A stretch of DNA of 64,000 nucleotides from Bacillota bacterium (GTDB taxonomy: Bacteria > Bacillota > Sulfobacillia > JABLXB01): the NCBI GenBank assembly GCA_013178305.1, contig JABLXB010000001.1:426516-490515 (forward strand). The letters run 5' to 3'. Positions 47,420 through 57,931 of the stretch are shown one piece after another. The notes under the pieces were generated by a model that worked only from the letters and a program-made list of their open reading frames with translations, was not told where the DNA came from and ran no database searches. The position numbers and the translations under genes are program-made. Position 1 is the stretch's first letter, and the number at the start of each line of letters is the position of its first letter.

Positions 47420-49752
47420 CCCATGGCGCACGGTATCACCCCTCGCCACAACCGCTCGAGTCCAGCCGTATCAAGGTCGATAAGCGTGCGTGTCTCGCGC
47501 CCCTGATTCACGCCGGTCTCGCGGGCCGAGATGTGGAGCCGCGAGGACGTCACCCTCCCTACGATGGAACAGGGCACCCCTGCCGACCTGCACATCTCTA
47601 TCAGCTCGAGTTCACGAGACGCTTCGACAGTAACCACGACGCGGGACTGCGTTTCGGAGAACAGCAGCGAATCCGGCCGGCCGCCCCACCCCACCGCGAC
47701 CTCCGCCCCTCTAGCCCCGGGCTGCGCGGAGAAGCAGCACTCCGCCAGGGCTACGGACAGGCCACCGTCGGATACATCGTGGGCGGACTTCAGGAGACCC
47801 GCTTCGTTGGCCCGTATCAGGATGTCTATCAAGCGCTTCTCGAGATCCAGATCGAGGCGCGGTGGTTCGCCGGCGACCTTGCCGTGCACTCTCTTCAGGT
47901 ATTCGGTTCCTCCGAGCTCGTCCAGCGTCCGGCCGAGCAAGACGATCGAATCGCCATCCGATTTGAACCCGGGGGTGAGCATCTTCGAAACGTCGCCGAG
48001 CAGCCCGATCATCCCAACTACTGGTGTCGGGTAAATGGCGCGTACCACGCCGTCCTGCGTGCGGGATTCGTTGTAGAAGCTGACGTTGCCGCCCGTCACG
48101 GGCGTGCCGAGCGCCTCACACGCCCGCTTCATTCCCTCGATTGCGCCCTTGAACTGCCAGAAGACTTCAGGCTTCTCAGGGTTGCCGAAGTTCAGGCAGT
48201 TCGTGATGGCGAGTGGCCTCGCGCCCGAGCACGCGACGTTCCGCGCCGCTTCCGCGACGGCGATCGCCGCGCCAATGACGGGATCGAGGTAGCAGTACCT
48301 CCCGTTCCCGTCGGTACTTACCGCTATGGCCTTCTCGCCGGCGGCATCCCCGGCGTCCCGCCTGATCCTCAGTAGCGCGGCGTCCGCCCCGGGAAGCGCC
48401 ACCGTGTTCGTCTGCACCATGTAGTCGTACTGCCTGTAAACCCAGCGTTTGCAGGCTATCGTTGGGGACGCCAGCACCGTCCTGAACGCCTCGCCGAGGT
48501 CCCGCGGCTCGGGCAGCAAGGCCGGGTTGAAGGACCTGGCCTCAGCGAGATACGCCGGCTCGGACCACTCCGGATCGTACACGGGAGCGCGATCGGCCAG
48601 GGATATGGCGGGAACCTCGGCCACCACGCGACCGTCCTCAACGACCCTGAATACCCCGTCCTGTGTCACCCTGCCGATCACCGCCGAGGGCAACCCCCAC
48701 TTCCGGCAGATCCCCTCGACCTCGTGCTCCCTGCCCTTCTCAACTATCACCAGCATGCGCTCCTGGGACTCCGAGAGCATGATCTCGTATGGAGTCATGC
48801 CTTCCTCCCTGAGCGGAACGCGCGCCACGTCTATTTCGATTCCGGTGCCGGCCCTCGCCGCAGTCTCCGCGCACGATGAGGTGATGCCTGCCGCACCCAT
48901 GTCCTGTATGCCGACGACCGCCCCCGTCGAGATCATTTCCAGGCACGCCTCAATCAGGAGCTTCTCGACGAACGGGTCGCCGACCTGGACGTTGGGCCGC
49001 TTCGCTTCGGAATCCTCACCGAGTTCCTCCGACGCGAACGTCGCGCCGTGGATCCCGTCCCTTCCTGTCGAATGGCCGGCGATCATCACCGAATTCCCGA
49101 TGCCCGCGGCGACACCGCGCTTTATCCGGTCCTTCCGGATCAGGCCCACACACATGACATTGCACAGCGGGTTCTCTGTGTAGCAGCCCTCGAACACTAC
49201 CTCGCCGCCCACGGTCGGGATGCCGACGCAGTTCCCGTACCCGGCGATGCCGGATACCACGCCGCCGAACAGGTACCGCGACCTGGGGTCGTCGAGCTCG
49301 CCGAATCTGAGCGGGTCCATCAGGGCGATGGGCCTCGCGCCCATCGCGAGTATGTCCCTGATTATCCCGCCCGCGCCCGTCGCGGCGCCCTGGTAGGGCT
49401 CGACGGCGGACGGGTGATTGTGAGATTCCATCTTGAAGCACACGGCCAGGCCGTCCCCGATGTCGACGACGCCCGCATTTTCGCCGGGGCCGACAAGTAC
49501 GCAGGTGCCCTTCGTGGGAAGCGCCTTGAGGGCTTTGCGGGAGTGTTTGTAGGCGCAGTGCTCCGACCACAATACCGCGAACATGCCGAGCTCGGTCCAG
49601 TTCGGATCCCTCCCGAGCTCTCCGCGAACCAACTCAAACTCGGAGTCCTTCAGCCCCATCCGCCTCCAGAGCCGGCCCTCCAGTATGTCGCGCACCGAGG
49701 GCTCGGCGCGGCCACCGGGCTCGCGCCTTTCACCGCATCGCGTCCCGCTCAT
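47416..49752 (-). CDS. purL: phosphoribosylformylglycinamidine synthase subunit II
   Basis: 778 aa. The N-terminus aligns with the N-terminal region of B. subtilis PurL ([20 protein letters not shown]). Confidence 0.95.
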   Translation of the reverse strand: MSGTRCGERREPGGRAEPSVRDILEGRLWRRMGLKDSEFELVRGELGRDPNWTELGMFAVLWSEHCAYKHSRKALKALPTKGTCVLVGPGENAGVVDIGDGLAVCFKMESHNHPSAVEPYQGAATGAGGIIRDILAMGARPIALMDPLRFGELDDPRSRYLFGGVVSGIAGYGNCVGIPTVGGEVVFEGCYTENPLCNVMCVGLIRKDRIKRGVAAGIGNSVMIAGHSTGRDGIHGATFASEELGEDSEAKRPNVQVGDPFVEKLLIEACLEMISTGAVVGIQDMGAAGITSSCAETAARAGTGIEIDVARVPLREEGMTPYEIMLSESQERMLVIVEKGREHEVEGICRKWGLPSAVIGRVTQDGVFRVVEDGRVVAEVPAISLADRAPVYDPEWSEPAYLAEARSFNPALLPEPRDLGEAFRTVLASPTIACKRWVYRQYDYMVQTNTVALPGADAALLRIRRDAGDAAGEKAIAVSTDGNGRYCYLDPVIGAAIAVAEAARNVACSGARPLAITNCLNFGNPEKPEVFWQFKGAIEGMKRACEALGTPVTGGNVSFYNESRTQDGVVRAIYPTPVVGMIGLLGDVSKMLTPGFKSDGDSIVLLGRTLDELGGTEYLKRVHGKVAGEPPRLDLDLEKRLIDILIRANEAGLLKSAHDVSDGGLSVALAECCFSAQPGARGAEVAVGWGGRPDSLLFSETQSRVVVTVEASRELELIEMCRSAGVPCSIVGRVTSSRLHISARETGVNQGRETRTLIDLDTAGLERLWRGVIPCAMG

Positions 49753-50477
49753 GCGCGCCCACCCCCCGCCGCGGCCGCCCGCCGCGGCCCTTGGATGAAC
49801 GACGCTATCGACCGGAAGACCTCAAGGCCGTCAGCCGACCCGAGCGCCGCCTGGTACGCGCGTTCGGGGTGGGGCATCATTCCGGCCACGTTGCCTTCTT
49901 CGTTCAATATCCCCGCTATGTTCCGCACCGCACCGTTTGGGTTCGACGCCCGCGTGACCTCCCCGTCCGGCTCGCAGTACCGGAACAACACGCGGCCCTT
50001 CGTCTCCAGCAGGTCTACCGTCCGCTCGTCCGCGTAGTAGTTGCCTTCCCCGTGAGCGATGGGTATCCTCAGGACCTGCCCGGCGCAAAGCCGGTTGGTG
50101 AACGCCGTCGAGGGATTCTCGACCCTGAGATTGACATACATGCACCTGAACTGCAGGCTATCGTTCCTGAGCATCGCGCCGGGAAGAAGCCCGCATTCGA
50201 GCAACACCTGGAATCCATTGCAGATACCGAGCACCAGGCCGCCTGCGCGTGCGAACCTCTCTACCGCCTCCATGACGGGGGAGAAGCGCGCGATGGCGCC
50301 TGCGCGGAGATAGTCCCCGTACGCGAAGCCGCCTGGCAGCACCAGGCAGTCGTAGCCGGCCACGTCCTTACTCTCGTGCCAGATGTAGTCAACCGGCGCC
50401 CGTAAGCCGTCCCTGACCGCGTAGTACGCGTCGGTGTCGCAATTCGAGCCGGGGAACACCACAACCCCAAACTTCAC
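49749..50477 (-). CDS. purQ: phosphoribosylformylglycinamidine synthase subunit I (glutaminase)
   Basis: [21 protein letters not shown] with the class I glutamine amidotransferase triad. Confidence 0.95.
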   Translation of the reverse strand: MKFGVVVFPGSNCDTDAYYAVRDGLRAPVDYIWHESKDVAGYDCLVLPGGFAYGDYLRAGAIARFSPVMEAVERFARAGGLVLGICNGFQVLLECGLLPGAMLRNDSLQFRCMYVNLRVENPSTAFTNRLCAGQVLRIPIAHGEGNYYADERTVDLLETKGRVLFRYCEPDGEVTRASNPNGAVRNIAGILNEEGNVAGMMPHPERAYQAALGSADGLEVFRSIASFIQGPRRAAAAGGGRA

Positions 50478-50815
50478 GCCTCGGAAGCCCCCTTACGTGC
50501 GCCGCCGGCCGCTGCCGCGGGCCGTGTGCCACCCGTACAATCGCATTCGCCCTCGCTCCCCCCGGCCTCGAACACTTCGAAGGTGTATTCTTCGATGACC
50601 GGATTGGCCAGGAGCTTCCTGCACATCTCGTCGATCAGCCTTGCGGCCTCTTCCATCGAAGTAACGCCGGCGAGGGTGACCTCCATGCTCTTGCCGACCC
50701 GGACGTCCGTCACGGCGTCGAACCCCATCGAGCGCAGGCCGCCCCCGATCGCGGCCCCCTGCGGGTCCAGCACCGTCTTCTTCAACATGACCTTTACGGC
50801 CGCGGTGCAGTTCAT
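50474..50815 (-). CDS. purS: phosphoribosylformylglycinamidine synthase subunit PurS, with unusual C-terminal extension of about 35 aa
   Basis: [14 protein letters not shown] core. The C-terminus ...[24 protein letters not shown] extends beyond the usual 80-aa PurS. Confidence 0.8.
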   Translation of the reverse strand: MNCTAAVKVMLKKTVLDPQGAAIGGGLRSMGFDAVTDVRVGKSMEVTLAGVTSMEEAARLIDEMCRKLLANPVIEEYTFEVFEAGGSEGECDCTGGTRPAAAAGGARKGASEA

Positions 50816-51528
50816 GCCGGGGTTATCCTCCTCAGTACCTCCTGGTAGGCCTCTTCGACGCGCCCGAGGTCCCTGCGGAACCTGTCCTTGTCGAGCTTCT
50901 CACCCGTGTCGGTATCCCAGAACCTGCACGTATCCGGGGAGATCTCATCACCCAGGATTACGCTCCCGTGATATCGCCCGAACTCCAGCTTGAAGTCGAT
51001 GAGGTCCATCTTCTTCGGCGCGAGGAACTCGCGGAGCACCTCGTTCACCTTCAGTGCCATCCGCGATATCTCCCTCATCTCGGCCTCGCTGGCCATCCCG
51101 ACCGCGTACACGTGGTACTCGTTTATCATCGGGTCGCCGAGCTCGTCGCTCTTGTAGTAGAACTCCAGCACCGGCGTTCTAAGGCTTGCCCCTTCGGGTT
51201 TGCCGAGGCGCTTGGCGAGGCTACCGGCGATGACGTTCCTCACGACAACCTCGACGGGGATGATCTCCAGGGGCTTGACGACCATCTCGTTGTCGCTCTG
51301 GAGGCCAATGAAGTGGGTCGGCACGCCCGCCTTCTCGAGCACCTCGAAAAACACCGTGGATATGCGCGCGTTAGCCGCGCCTTTCCCCAGGATGGTCCCT
51401 TTCTTCTGGCCGTTGAAGGCGGTGGCGGCATCCTTGAAGAACACGATAATCCGGTCCGGGTCGTCGGTAGAGTAAACGATTTTCGCCTTTCCCTCGTACA
51501 GCCTCTCCCTCTTCGCTATGCCAGCCAA
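50812..51528 (-). CDS. purC: phosphoribosylaminoimidazole-succinocarboxamide synthase
   Basis: Starts (TTG) [20 protein letters not shown] after GGAGGTGG. The longer ORF-track N-extension overlaps purB and is Arg-rich. Confidence 0.9.
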   Translation of the reverse strand: MAGIAKRERLYEGKAKIVYSTDDPDRIIVFFKDAATAFNGQKKGTILGKGAANARISTVFFEVLEKAGVPTHFIGLQSDNEMVVKPLEIIPVEVVVRNVIAGSLAKRLGKPEGASLRTPVLEFYYKSDELGDPMINEYHVYAVGMASEAEMREISRMALKVNEVLREFLAPKKMDLIDFKLEFGRYHGSVILGDEISPDTCRFWDTDTGEKLDKDRFRRDLGRVEEAYQEVLRRITPA

Positions 51529-51554
51529 TGTGGTCCACCTCCGGAGTGTCTTGC

Positions 51555-52847
51555 TTATAGCCCGACTCGATCGAATATCTCGCCGATGCGGCCGAGCTGC
51601 CGCCTGTAGTCGAACGCGTCTTCGAGTTCGGCCTCGCTCAGCACCGCCGTTATCCCGGGGTTGTTTGAAACCAGGGACTTGAAGTTCAGACCTTCCTCCC
51701 ACGCCTTCATGGCAAGGCCCTGCACCAGCGTGTACGCCTTGTCTCTCGGCATGCCTTTCTCCACCAGCGTGAGCATGACCCGCTGTGAGAAAACCAGTCC
51801 GCCGGTTAGTTCCAGGTTCGCCATCATCTTTGTGGGGTAGACACGCAGGTCTTTCACTATCCCGGTGAACTTGGCGATCATATAGTCGAGAAGGATCGTC
51901 GTATCGGGCAGGATGATGCGCTCCACCGACGAGTTGGAGATGTCCCGCTCGTGCCAGAGGTTGATGTTCTCCAGAGCGGCCATTGCGTTTCCGCGCATAA
52001 CCCGTGAAAGACCGCAGATCTGTTCGCAGGTGATCGGGTTCCTCTTGTGGGGCATGGCGGACGAGCCTTTCTGTCCCTCCCGGAACGGCTCTTCGGCCTC
52101 GAGCACTTCGGTACGCTGCAGGTGGCGTATCTCGGTTGCGAACTTCTCGAGCGACGACGCCACGAGCGCCATCTGGAGGACGTATTCGGCGTGCCTGTCC
52201 CTCTGGAGTACTTGAGTGGAAACAGGCGCCGGCATGAGGCCCATCTTCTCGCAGACATATCGCTCAACGAAGGGATCCACGTGGGCGAATGTCCCGACCG
52301 CCCCCGCGATGCGGCCGTAGCCGGCGACCTCGCGCGCCCTCTGGACCCGCTCGATACACCGGCCGAGCTCCGCGTACCACAGCGCCATCTTCATGCCGAA
52401 CGTTATGGGCTCCGCGTGCACGCCGTGGGTGCGGCCGATCATGGGGGTTTCCTTGTGACGGTGAGCCTGGTCGGCGACGACTTTTCGAAGCGCCTCCAGG
52501 TCGTCGAGGATGATATCGGCAGCCCGGACCATCAGGTACGACAGCGCCGTGTCGACGACGTCGTACGAGGTCATCCCGAAATGCACCCACTTGCCCGCTT
52601 CGCCCACGCTCTCGGCAACCTGGGTGACGAAGGCGATGACGTCGTGGCGCACCCGCGACTCGATCTCGGCGATCCGCGCCGCGTCTATCCTGGCCCTGGA
52701 TCTGATCTCCTCTACGGCCTCCTCCGGGACTTCCCCCAGTTTCGACCATGCCTCGCAGGCGAGGATCTCCACCTTCAGCCAGGTGTCGTACTTGTTGTCC
52801 TCGGACCATATCGCGGCCATTCCCGGCCGCGAGTATCTCGGTATCAT
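51555..52847 (-). CDS. purB: adenylosuccinate lyase
   Basis: Starts [16 protein letters not shown] and carries the fumarate-lyase signature [11 protein letters not shown]. Confidence 0.95.
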   Translation of the reverse strand: MIPRYSRPGMAAIWSEDNKYDTWLKVEILACEAWSKLGEVPEEAVEEIRSRARIDAARIAEIESRVRHDVIAFVTQVAESVGEAGKWVHFGMTSYDVVDTALSYLMVRAADIILDDLEALRKVVADQAHRHKETPMIGRTHGVHAEPITFGMKMALWYAELGRCIERVQRAREVAGYGRIAGAVGTFAHVDPFVERYVCEKMGLMPAPVSTQVLQRDRHAEYVLQMALVASSLEKFATEIRHLQRTEVLEAEEPFREGQKGSSAMPHKRNPITCEQICGLSRVMRGNAMAALENINLWHERDISNSSVERIILPDTTILLDYMIAKFTGIVKDLRVYPTKMMANLELTGGLVFSQRVMLTLVEKGMPRDKAYTLVQGLAMKAWEEGLNFKSLVSNNPGITAVLSEAELEDAFDYRRQLGRIGEIFDRVGL

Positions 52848-52878
52848 ACCGGCTCCCTCCTCCACTGGGCCTGGCGCG

Positions 52879-53430
52879 TTACGCCTTGCCAGTCATCCCC
52901 TTGTAGCCCTTATGCTGGAGTTCGGCGTCTTTCGACAGCACGCCGGAAGCCATCTTCTCACGGTAATCGCGCATCCGCGCGCGGAGCCGCTCCGAAGCCG
53001 CCCCGTCGCCGGAAGCCAGGATTTGTAGCGCGAGCAGCGCTGCGTTTCTCGCCGAGTCCACCCCGACCGCGGCAACCGGAACCCCTGGAGGCATCTGCAC
53101 TATGGAGTACAGCGCGTCGACGCCGTTCAGGGCGCCGCTCTTCAGCGGGACACCGATGACGGGGAGGGTGGTGTGCGCCGCGATGACTCCGGGGAGATGT
53201 GCGCTGAGACCGGCGCCCGCGATGATTACGCGCACGCCCCTCGCCTCCGCCCCACCTGCTATCTCGCGTACCTTGTCCGGCGTCCTGTGTGCGGAAGCTA
53301 TAAACATTTCGAAGCCGACCTCAAACGTTTCGAGCGTCTCGGCGGCTTCTGACATCAGCGATAGGTCCGAAGCGCTCCCCATGATGATACTCACGAGCGG
53401 CTGCTTGGCCTGCCCAGAAGTCTGTTCCAT
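52879..53430 (-). CDS. purE: N5-carboxyaminoimidazole ribonucleotide mutase (PurE)
   Basis: MEQTSGQAKQPLVSIIMGSASDL...IAGAGLSAHLPGV. ATG at 53430 after the AAAGGGGGA Shine-Dalgarno. No purK follows. Confidence 0.9.
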   Translation of the reverse strand: MEQTSGQAKQPLVSIIMGSASDLSLMSEAAETLETFEVGFEMFIASAHRTPDKVREIAGGAEARGVRVIIAGAGLSAHLPGVIAAHTTLPVIGVPLKSGALNGVDALYSIVQMPPGVPVAAVGVDSARNAALLALQILASGDGAASERLRARMRDYREKMASGVLSKDAELQHKGYKGMTGKA

Positions 53431-53489
53431 AGGTCCCCCTTTCGACGTCGAATCTGCGACAATGTTCGGATCTAGGACTTGGCAATTCA

Positions 53490-53518
53490 ATCCTAACACC
53501 CACCTCAGGGCATGTCAA
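53490..53518 (-). promoter_or_regulatory. candidate sigma-A promoter of the pur operon (TTGACA-17-TAGGAT)
   Basis: A perfect -35 TTGACA on the minus strand (forward tgtcaa at about 53513-53518), then -10 TAGGAT (about 53490-53495), leaving a leader of about 50 nt. Confidence 0.4.
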
Positions 53519-53528
53519 CGACGATATC

Positions 53529-53565
53529 CCGAATGATTCCACTTCGCGGTATATGGATCATTCGG
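53529..53565. promoter_or_regulatory. PurBox-like inverted repeat (CCCGAATGATTCC - 14 nt - GGATCATTCGG) just upstream of the pur promoter -35; candidate PurR operator
   Basis: The two arms share the CCGAAT core of the B. subtilis PurBox (AWWWCCGAACWWT) in inverted orientation, immediately upstream of the -35 hexamer. Confidence 0.4.
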
Positions 53566-53623
53566 TATTGCGGGGGGCGGGGCCGGGGGGCGGAAGCGAA
53601 GGCTCCTGACTATGGAAGGAGAT

Positions 53624-54577
53624 TCACTGGATGAATGAGAACGCTCTCTCTGGGTTGTCTATCAGCATCCTTCTTATCGCGTCCTCGGGTATGCCCTCTT
53701 CCCTGAGCCTCGGCGCGAACGTTGTGAGTATATAGCTGTGTCCCGGCCCGCCGCCATACTCGGGCCAGTATGACCTTCGCCCATTATCACCGCCCAGGAG
53801 GATCCTGTCCCCAAATCCGGCATCCAACATGCCCTTTATCAGGTCAATGATAACCTCATCGGGCCAGTACTTCACCCTGGACGGGCCGTCGTATCCGAGG
53901 AACACCCCGCGTCTTGCCACCTTCTTGTGATACCCGAGGTCGGGGTTCCTGTCAATATGCCCAATGATCATGCTCGAGGACGGGACTCCCAGCGACTCGA
54001 GCGCGTTAACCTGTTCGAGCGCCATCGTGCCGCGCTCCGTGTGGGTCGATATGGGGGCCCCGGTGTTCTTGTGAGCCATCGCTGCGGCCACTAACATGCG
54101 GTGCTCCCCAGGAAGTATGTGATTGTACTCCGTTCCGGCCTTGATGACGCCGGCCCTCGCGCTCGACCGGTGGACAATGGGGCCGTTGTAGTTGTTGATC
54201 TCAATGCCTTCGGTGATCTCCTCGGTTATCAGGCGCGCGATCTCATCTTCGGGGTAGTTGTACACCCAGTGGGTAGCCTCGTAGTAGATCGCTCTCTGGA
54301 ATCCCGTACATGCGATTATGTGTACCCCGGACTCCCTGGATATGCGGACGAGTTCCTCAATTCTCCTGCCGCAGTCGATCGGGTTCATGTCCACCATGGT
54401 CCCGCCGCCATTCCCGGCATATAGTCGGGCGGCCTCGATGGCGTAGTCGACCCTATCCAGGAGCAGGTCCCTGTCGGCCCGGACCTCGCCCCCGCCGATC
54501 GTCATCAAGTGGTCGTGATAATCGACGATCCCTAACCGCCCAGAGTCAACAGGTCCAAGCACTGTTTGTACTTTCAC
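53624..54577 (-). CDS. phosphotriesterase-homology protein (PHP/Pter family, amidohydrolase superfamily)
   Basis: Metal-ligand HxH (VDYHDHL), later His/Asp ligands and a PTE-family TIM barrel. Likely GTG start after GGGGGGCGG; the TTG at 54631 in the track is less likely. Confidence 0.8.
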   Translation of the reverse strand: MKVQTVLGPVDSGRLGIVDYHDHLMTIGGGEVRADRDLLLDRVDYAIEAARLYAGNGGGTMVDMNPIDCGRRIEELVRISRESGVHIIACTGFQRAIYYEATHWVYNYPEDEIARLITEEITEGIEINNYNGPIVHRSSARAGVIKAGTEYNHILPGEHRMLVAAAMAHKNTGAPISTHTERGTMALEQVNALESLGVPSSSMIIGHIDRNPDLGYHKKVARRGVFLGYDGPSRVKYWPDEVIIDLIKGMLDAGFGDRILLGGDNGRRSYWPEYGGGPGHSYILTTFAPRLREEGIPEDAIRRMLIDNPERAFSFIQ

Positions 54578-54638
54578 AATACCGCCCCCCAGGAAAAGGC
54601 CGACCGGCTGGTTCTTCCAGCCGGTCGCCAACTCGGCT

Positions 54639-55463
54639 TCACCTTGCGTCTCTGTGCGCCCTGAAGGCCTTCACCTTCTCCATGAACTCCACGACGTTTG
54701 CCCTCGACACCGGGCTGAACGTCTTGCGGTCCTCCTTGAACGCGGTGCCCACCACGCAGCCGTCCGCGATCTCCAGTATCTTCGCCACGGTCTCCGGCGT
54801 GACCCCGGTGTTCGCGAACACCGGGGTGTCAGGCAGGGTGTCCTTTACCTTCTTCAGCGCATCCAGCGGGGTCGCTGCCCCGGCCATGTAGCCTGACACA
54901 CATATCCCGTCGGCGAGCGAACTGAACACCGCCGTTCTGGCCACCGTTTCGAGCGGCCGCTCCGCGAGTGGCGCCGCGAACTCCGGTACTATGTTGTAGA
55001 AGAGCCGGACGCGCGTTGCCCCTATGTTGCGCCTGAAACGCAGCGCCTCGCCCGCGCACGTATCCCACAAACCGAGGTCGCTGGAGTAGACTCCGGTGAA
55101 AACCTCCCGCACGAACGAAGCCCCGGTCGCATTCGCGATGGATATCGCCGCGACGGGGTCCCAGAGGACGTCCACGCCGAACGGTACCGGCAGGCCCCGT
55201 GACACCTCGGCGACTACCCTGGTCATCGCGGCAATGACCTCAGGGCCAACCCGCGTGAGGTAGGGCCTGTCGTATTCGTTGCAGAACATCACCGCGTCGA
55301 CCCCGCCGGCCACCAGCGCATCCCTGTCGGCCTGCGCTCCGCGTATCAGTCTCTCCATGCCGCCCGCCTCGTCGTAAGTGGGGGCGCCGGGCATGGCCTG
55401 GACGTGGATCATCCCTATTACCGGCTTCTCAGTCCCGAAAACCTCTTTGACCCAGCTAGACAT
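54639..55463 (-). CDS. BtpA/SgcQ-family TIM-barrel protein
   Basis: N-terminal VIGMIHVQAMPGAPTYD ... and FANTGVTPETVAKIL are typical of BtpA/SgcQ. Confidence 0.7.
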   Translation of the reverse strand: MSSWVKEVFGTEKPVIGMIHVQAMPGAPTYDEAGGMERLIRGAQADRDALVAGGVDAVMFCNEYDRPYLTRVGPEVIAAMTRVVAEVSRGLPVPFGVDVLWDPVAAISIANATGASFVREVFTGVYSSDLGLWDTCAGEALRFRRNIGATRVRLFYNIVPEFAAPLAERPLETVARTAVFSSLADGICVSGYMAGAATPLDALKKVKDTLPDTPVFANTGVTPETVAKILEIADGCVVGTAFKEDRKTFSPVSRANVVEFMEKVKAFRAHRDAR

Positions 55464-55518
55464 CTTTGTCCTCCTTCGAACGTCGCGGGGCTGGTGAATC
55501 CGCCCCAGACCCCCGGAA

Positions 55519-56871
55519 CTACTTACTCTGGTCGGCCCCCAGCCGCCAGAACGCGAATACTGCGATTGCGGCGAAAACCGCCATGAACAGCCAGATGTTC
55601 TTGAGCGCGTTGGCTACGGCGGAGAGGATCACCCACACGGTCGTGTAGTCGGTGTTCGGATACACCGCGTTCTTCAGGGCCGTAAGCGGCGCGAGGAAGC
55701 TGCCGCCTATCATCTGCAGTACTCCGACCAGAAGCCCCGCGAGTATGGTTGCCTTCCAGCCGCCGTAGTGATTGGCGAACACCCCGAGCGTGCCGCCGTC
55801 GAAGAACGTCGGTATCACCCCGGGTATCGTCACGACCCTCGATCCTACAGCCAGGAGCAGGCCCATTCCGATGAACTCACCCGCGAAGGTCGAAACGAAG
55901 CCGAGGACCGCCGCCGTCGGCGCCAGAGGGAAGAACACCGGCATGTCGAGGGCGGGGATCGCGCCCGGGATCACCTTGTCAGATATGCCCTTAAAAGCGG
56001 GTACGATCTCGGCCAGCATCATCCGGACACCGGTCAACAGCACGACGATGCCGACCGTGAACTGCGCGCCGAGGAACATGCTCCAGAGGGCCCAGTTATC
56101 TGGTTTCGCATACGATGCGACAATCTTTTCGCCTGCAAGCAGGCAGATACCCGAGAAGAACAGGGTCATCAGGATGGTGGTCGCTATTACGTTGTCGCCG
56201 AACATGCCGAGGTAACCTGGAAGCTTCAGCTCTTCGGTGCTGTCGTTGGGCTTGTTGACCGCTTTGCCCACCAGGCTGCCGATGATGCAGCCGACTCCCG
56301 ACATGTGCCCCAGCGTGAACGAATCACCCGCGAACTTTCTGGAGTACCTGTGCACCCAGGCCGGGAGGATGGTCCAGTACGTACCCGCGATGAGGCTTCC
56401 TGCCACGACGAGCCCAACGCCGTCGAGCCCGAAGAAGTACCGCACCACCCACGCCACGAAGCAGCAGAATGCCAGCATTGTGTGGCCGGTCAGGTAGACG
56501 TAGTGAAGTGGCGTGATCCTTGCGAGGATGATGTTCACGATGAACCCGAACACCATGATCTGCGCCGCAAGCCCGACGAGCGGGCCGAGGTTCTCCATGG
56601 CCGATACCCAGCCGCCGTATGGGTCCATGACCACGCCCGTCAGCCCGAACGCCTTCTGCAGTATTTCCATCGCGGGCCGGAACGCTCCGAGGAGGGCTGC
56701 CGACCCCGCCTTGAGGACGAGAACACCAACGATCGTCTTGATGACGCCCATTACGACCTTATTGCCCGGGGCCTTCTGCACCAGAAGACCTACAAGGGCC
56801 ACGATTCCCAGCACGAGTTCCCACTTGTTGGCGACGATCTTAAAGCCTTCGATGATTGCGGACAGCATCAC
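55519..56871 (-). CDS. PTS galactitol-family transporter IIC component (GatC/SgcC-like)
   Basis: 450 aa with about 10-12 TM helices; the PTS_EIIC_GAT family character is seen over the whole length. Confidence 0.85.
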   Translation of the reverse strand: MMLSAIIEGFKIVANKWELVLGIVALVGLLVQKAPGNKVVMGVIKTIVGVLVLKAGSAALLGAFRPAMEILQKAFGLTGVVMDPYGGWVSAMENLGPLVGLAAQIMVFGFIVNIILARITPLHYVYLTGHTMLAFCCFVAWVVRYFFGLDGVGLVVAGSLIAGTYWTILPAWVHRYSRKFAGDSFTLGHMSGVGCIIGSLVGKAVNKPNDSTEELKLPGYLGMFGDNVIATTILMTLFFSGICLLAGEKIVASYAKPDNWALWSMFLGAQFTVGIVVLLTGVRMMLAEIVPAFKGISDKVIPGAIPALDMPVFFPLAPTAAVLGFVSTFAGEFIGMGLLLAVGSRVVTIPGVIPTFFDGGTLGVFANHYGGWKATILAGLLVGVLQMIGGSFLAPLTALKNAVYPNTDYTTVWVILSAVANALKNIWLFMAVFAAIAVFAFWRLGADQSK

Positions 56872-57165
56872 GGTGTTCCTCCTTTTCCTTTCGATCTGAA
56901 GAATGCTTCAATCTTGGAGCGTATCTCGGTCTTGTCTACGAAGTTGACCACGGGAATAACCGCCTCCCGGTCGGCGAGCTGTTTGGCGATTGTGGGGCTG
57001 GCGAGTATCAGGTCGGCTTTCACCGTCCCGAACGTGCCCGTGTCGGCGGCCTCGACTGTGGCCGGTATGCCCATCTCCTTCAATACAACCTCCGTGGTCA
57101 TCTTGAGGATCAGGCTCGATCCCATCCCATTCACGCACACTGTGATGACCTTCAAACCCTTATCC
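56868..57165 (-). CDS. PTS galactitol-family IIB component
   Basis: KVITVCVNGMGSSLILKM carries the phospho-Cys motif. TTG start after GGGGGATAAGGG. The longer ORF-track N-extension is unlikely. Confidence 0.8.
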
Positions 57166-57891
57166 CCCCTTTTCCCCGCGGACGATGAATGCGATCTCGT
57201 CCGCCAGGCGCTCCAGTATAACCTTACCCTTCTCGGCGGTAGCGGCCGTGGCATCGCCGAATACTCCCGTCCTGCTGAAAGTGCTCCACTTGACAGGCCT
57301 GTGTCCGTAGTCCGGCGGCACGTCGGAGTACTCGCGCACGGCGCGGTCCACGTGGCACCTCGATTGGTCAATGTGCAGCATGATGGATGTTTCGAGCTCG
57401 CCGGCGTGGAAGACGCCGCCCATCAAGGGGGTAGTACACACGCCGGCCGTAACGCGCGGCACATTCGGGTAACAGACGTGCCAGACGAGGGCCGACTCGT
57501 GGCGGTCAAACACGATGCGCGCGGCCTCGCGCAGGTAGGCCAGATTCCCCAGGTGGCCCGACAGCAGGATGATCCTCTCAACGCCCTGCGAGACCAGGCT
57601 CTCGCAAATGTCGACCGCTATCGCCACGAGAGTCTCGGGCCGGAGGCTGATGGTCCCGGGAAAGCCCTTCGCAGACCACACCTGGCCGTAGCCGACAACC
57701 GGCAGGACCACTCCACCAACCCTGATGGCGACCATTTCGGCCAGGCGCGATGCCACAACCGAGTCAACATCCAGTGGGAGGTGAGGCCCGTGCTGTTCAC
57801 AGGAGCCAAAGGGGACAATCACGTAACCTGCTCTGGATAGCGCTTCTCCTGCCTCTGGAGACGTGAGGTCCGCGAGTCTGACGGTCGTCAT
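57160..57891 (-). CDS. creatininase-family (creatinine amidohydrolase-like) metal-dependent hydrolase
   Basis: VPFGSCEQHGPHLPLDVD...GHLGN motifs of the creatininase fold. Confidence 0.8.
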   Translation of the reverse strand: MTTVRLADLTSPEAGEALSRAGYVIVPFGSCEQHGPHLPLDVDSVVASRLAEMVAIRVGGVVLPVVGYGQVWSAKGFPGTISLRPETLVAIAVDICESLVSQGVERIILLSGHLGNLAYLREAARIVFDRHESALVWHVCYPNVPRVTAGVCTTPLMGGVFHAGELETSIMLHIDQSRCHVDRAVREYSDVPPDYGHRPVKWSTFSRTGVFGDATAATAEKGKVILERLADEIAFIVRGEKGG

Positions 57892-57931
57892 AGGGGGATC
57901 CCTCCCGGTGTGTAGTCGAGTCCCGCGCGGC

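Noticed and set aside
53571-53593. G-quadruplex-forming G-tract (GGGGGGCGGGGCCGGGGGG) upstream of the pur promoter.
   Set aside because: Only three long G-runs are present. It probably just reflects GC-rich intergenic composition. Mentioned under the PurBox finding but not scored separately.
53431-53623. Purine (guanine/xpt-type) riboswitch in the pur operon leader, as in Bacillus.
   Set aside because: The candidate promoter leaves only an about 50-nt leader. The hairpin-forming inverted repeat lies upstream of the -35 (a DNA operator position) and lacks the UAUA/GGAUAUGG/CCGUAAAU riboswitch core.
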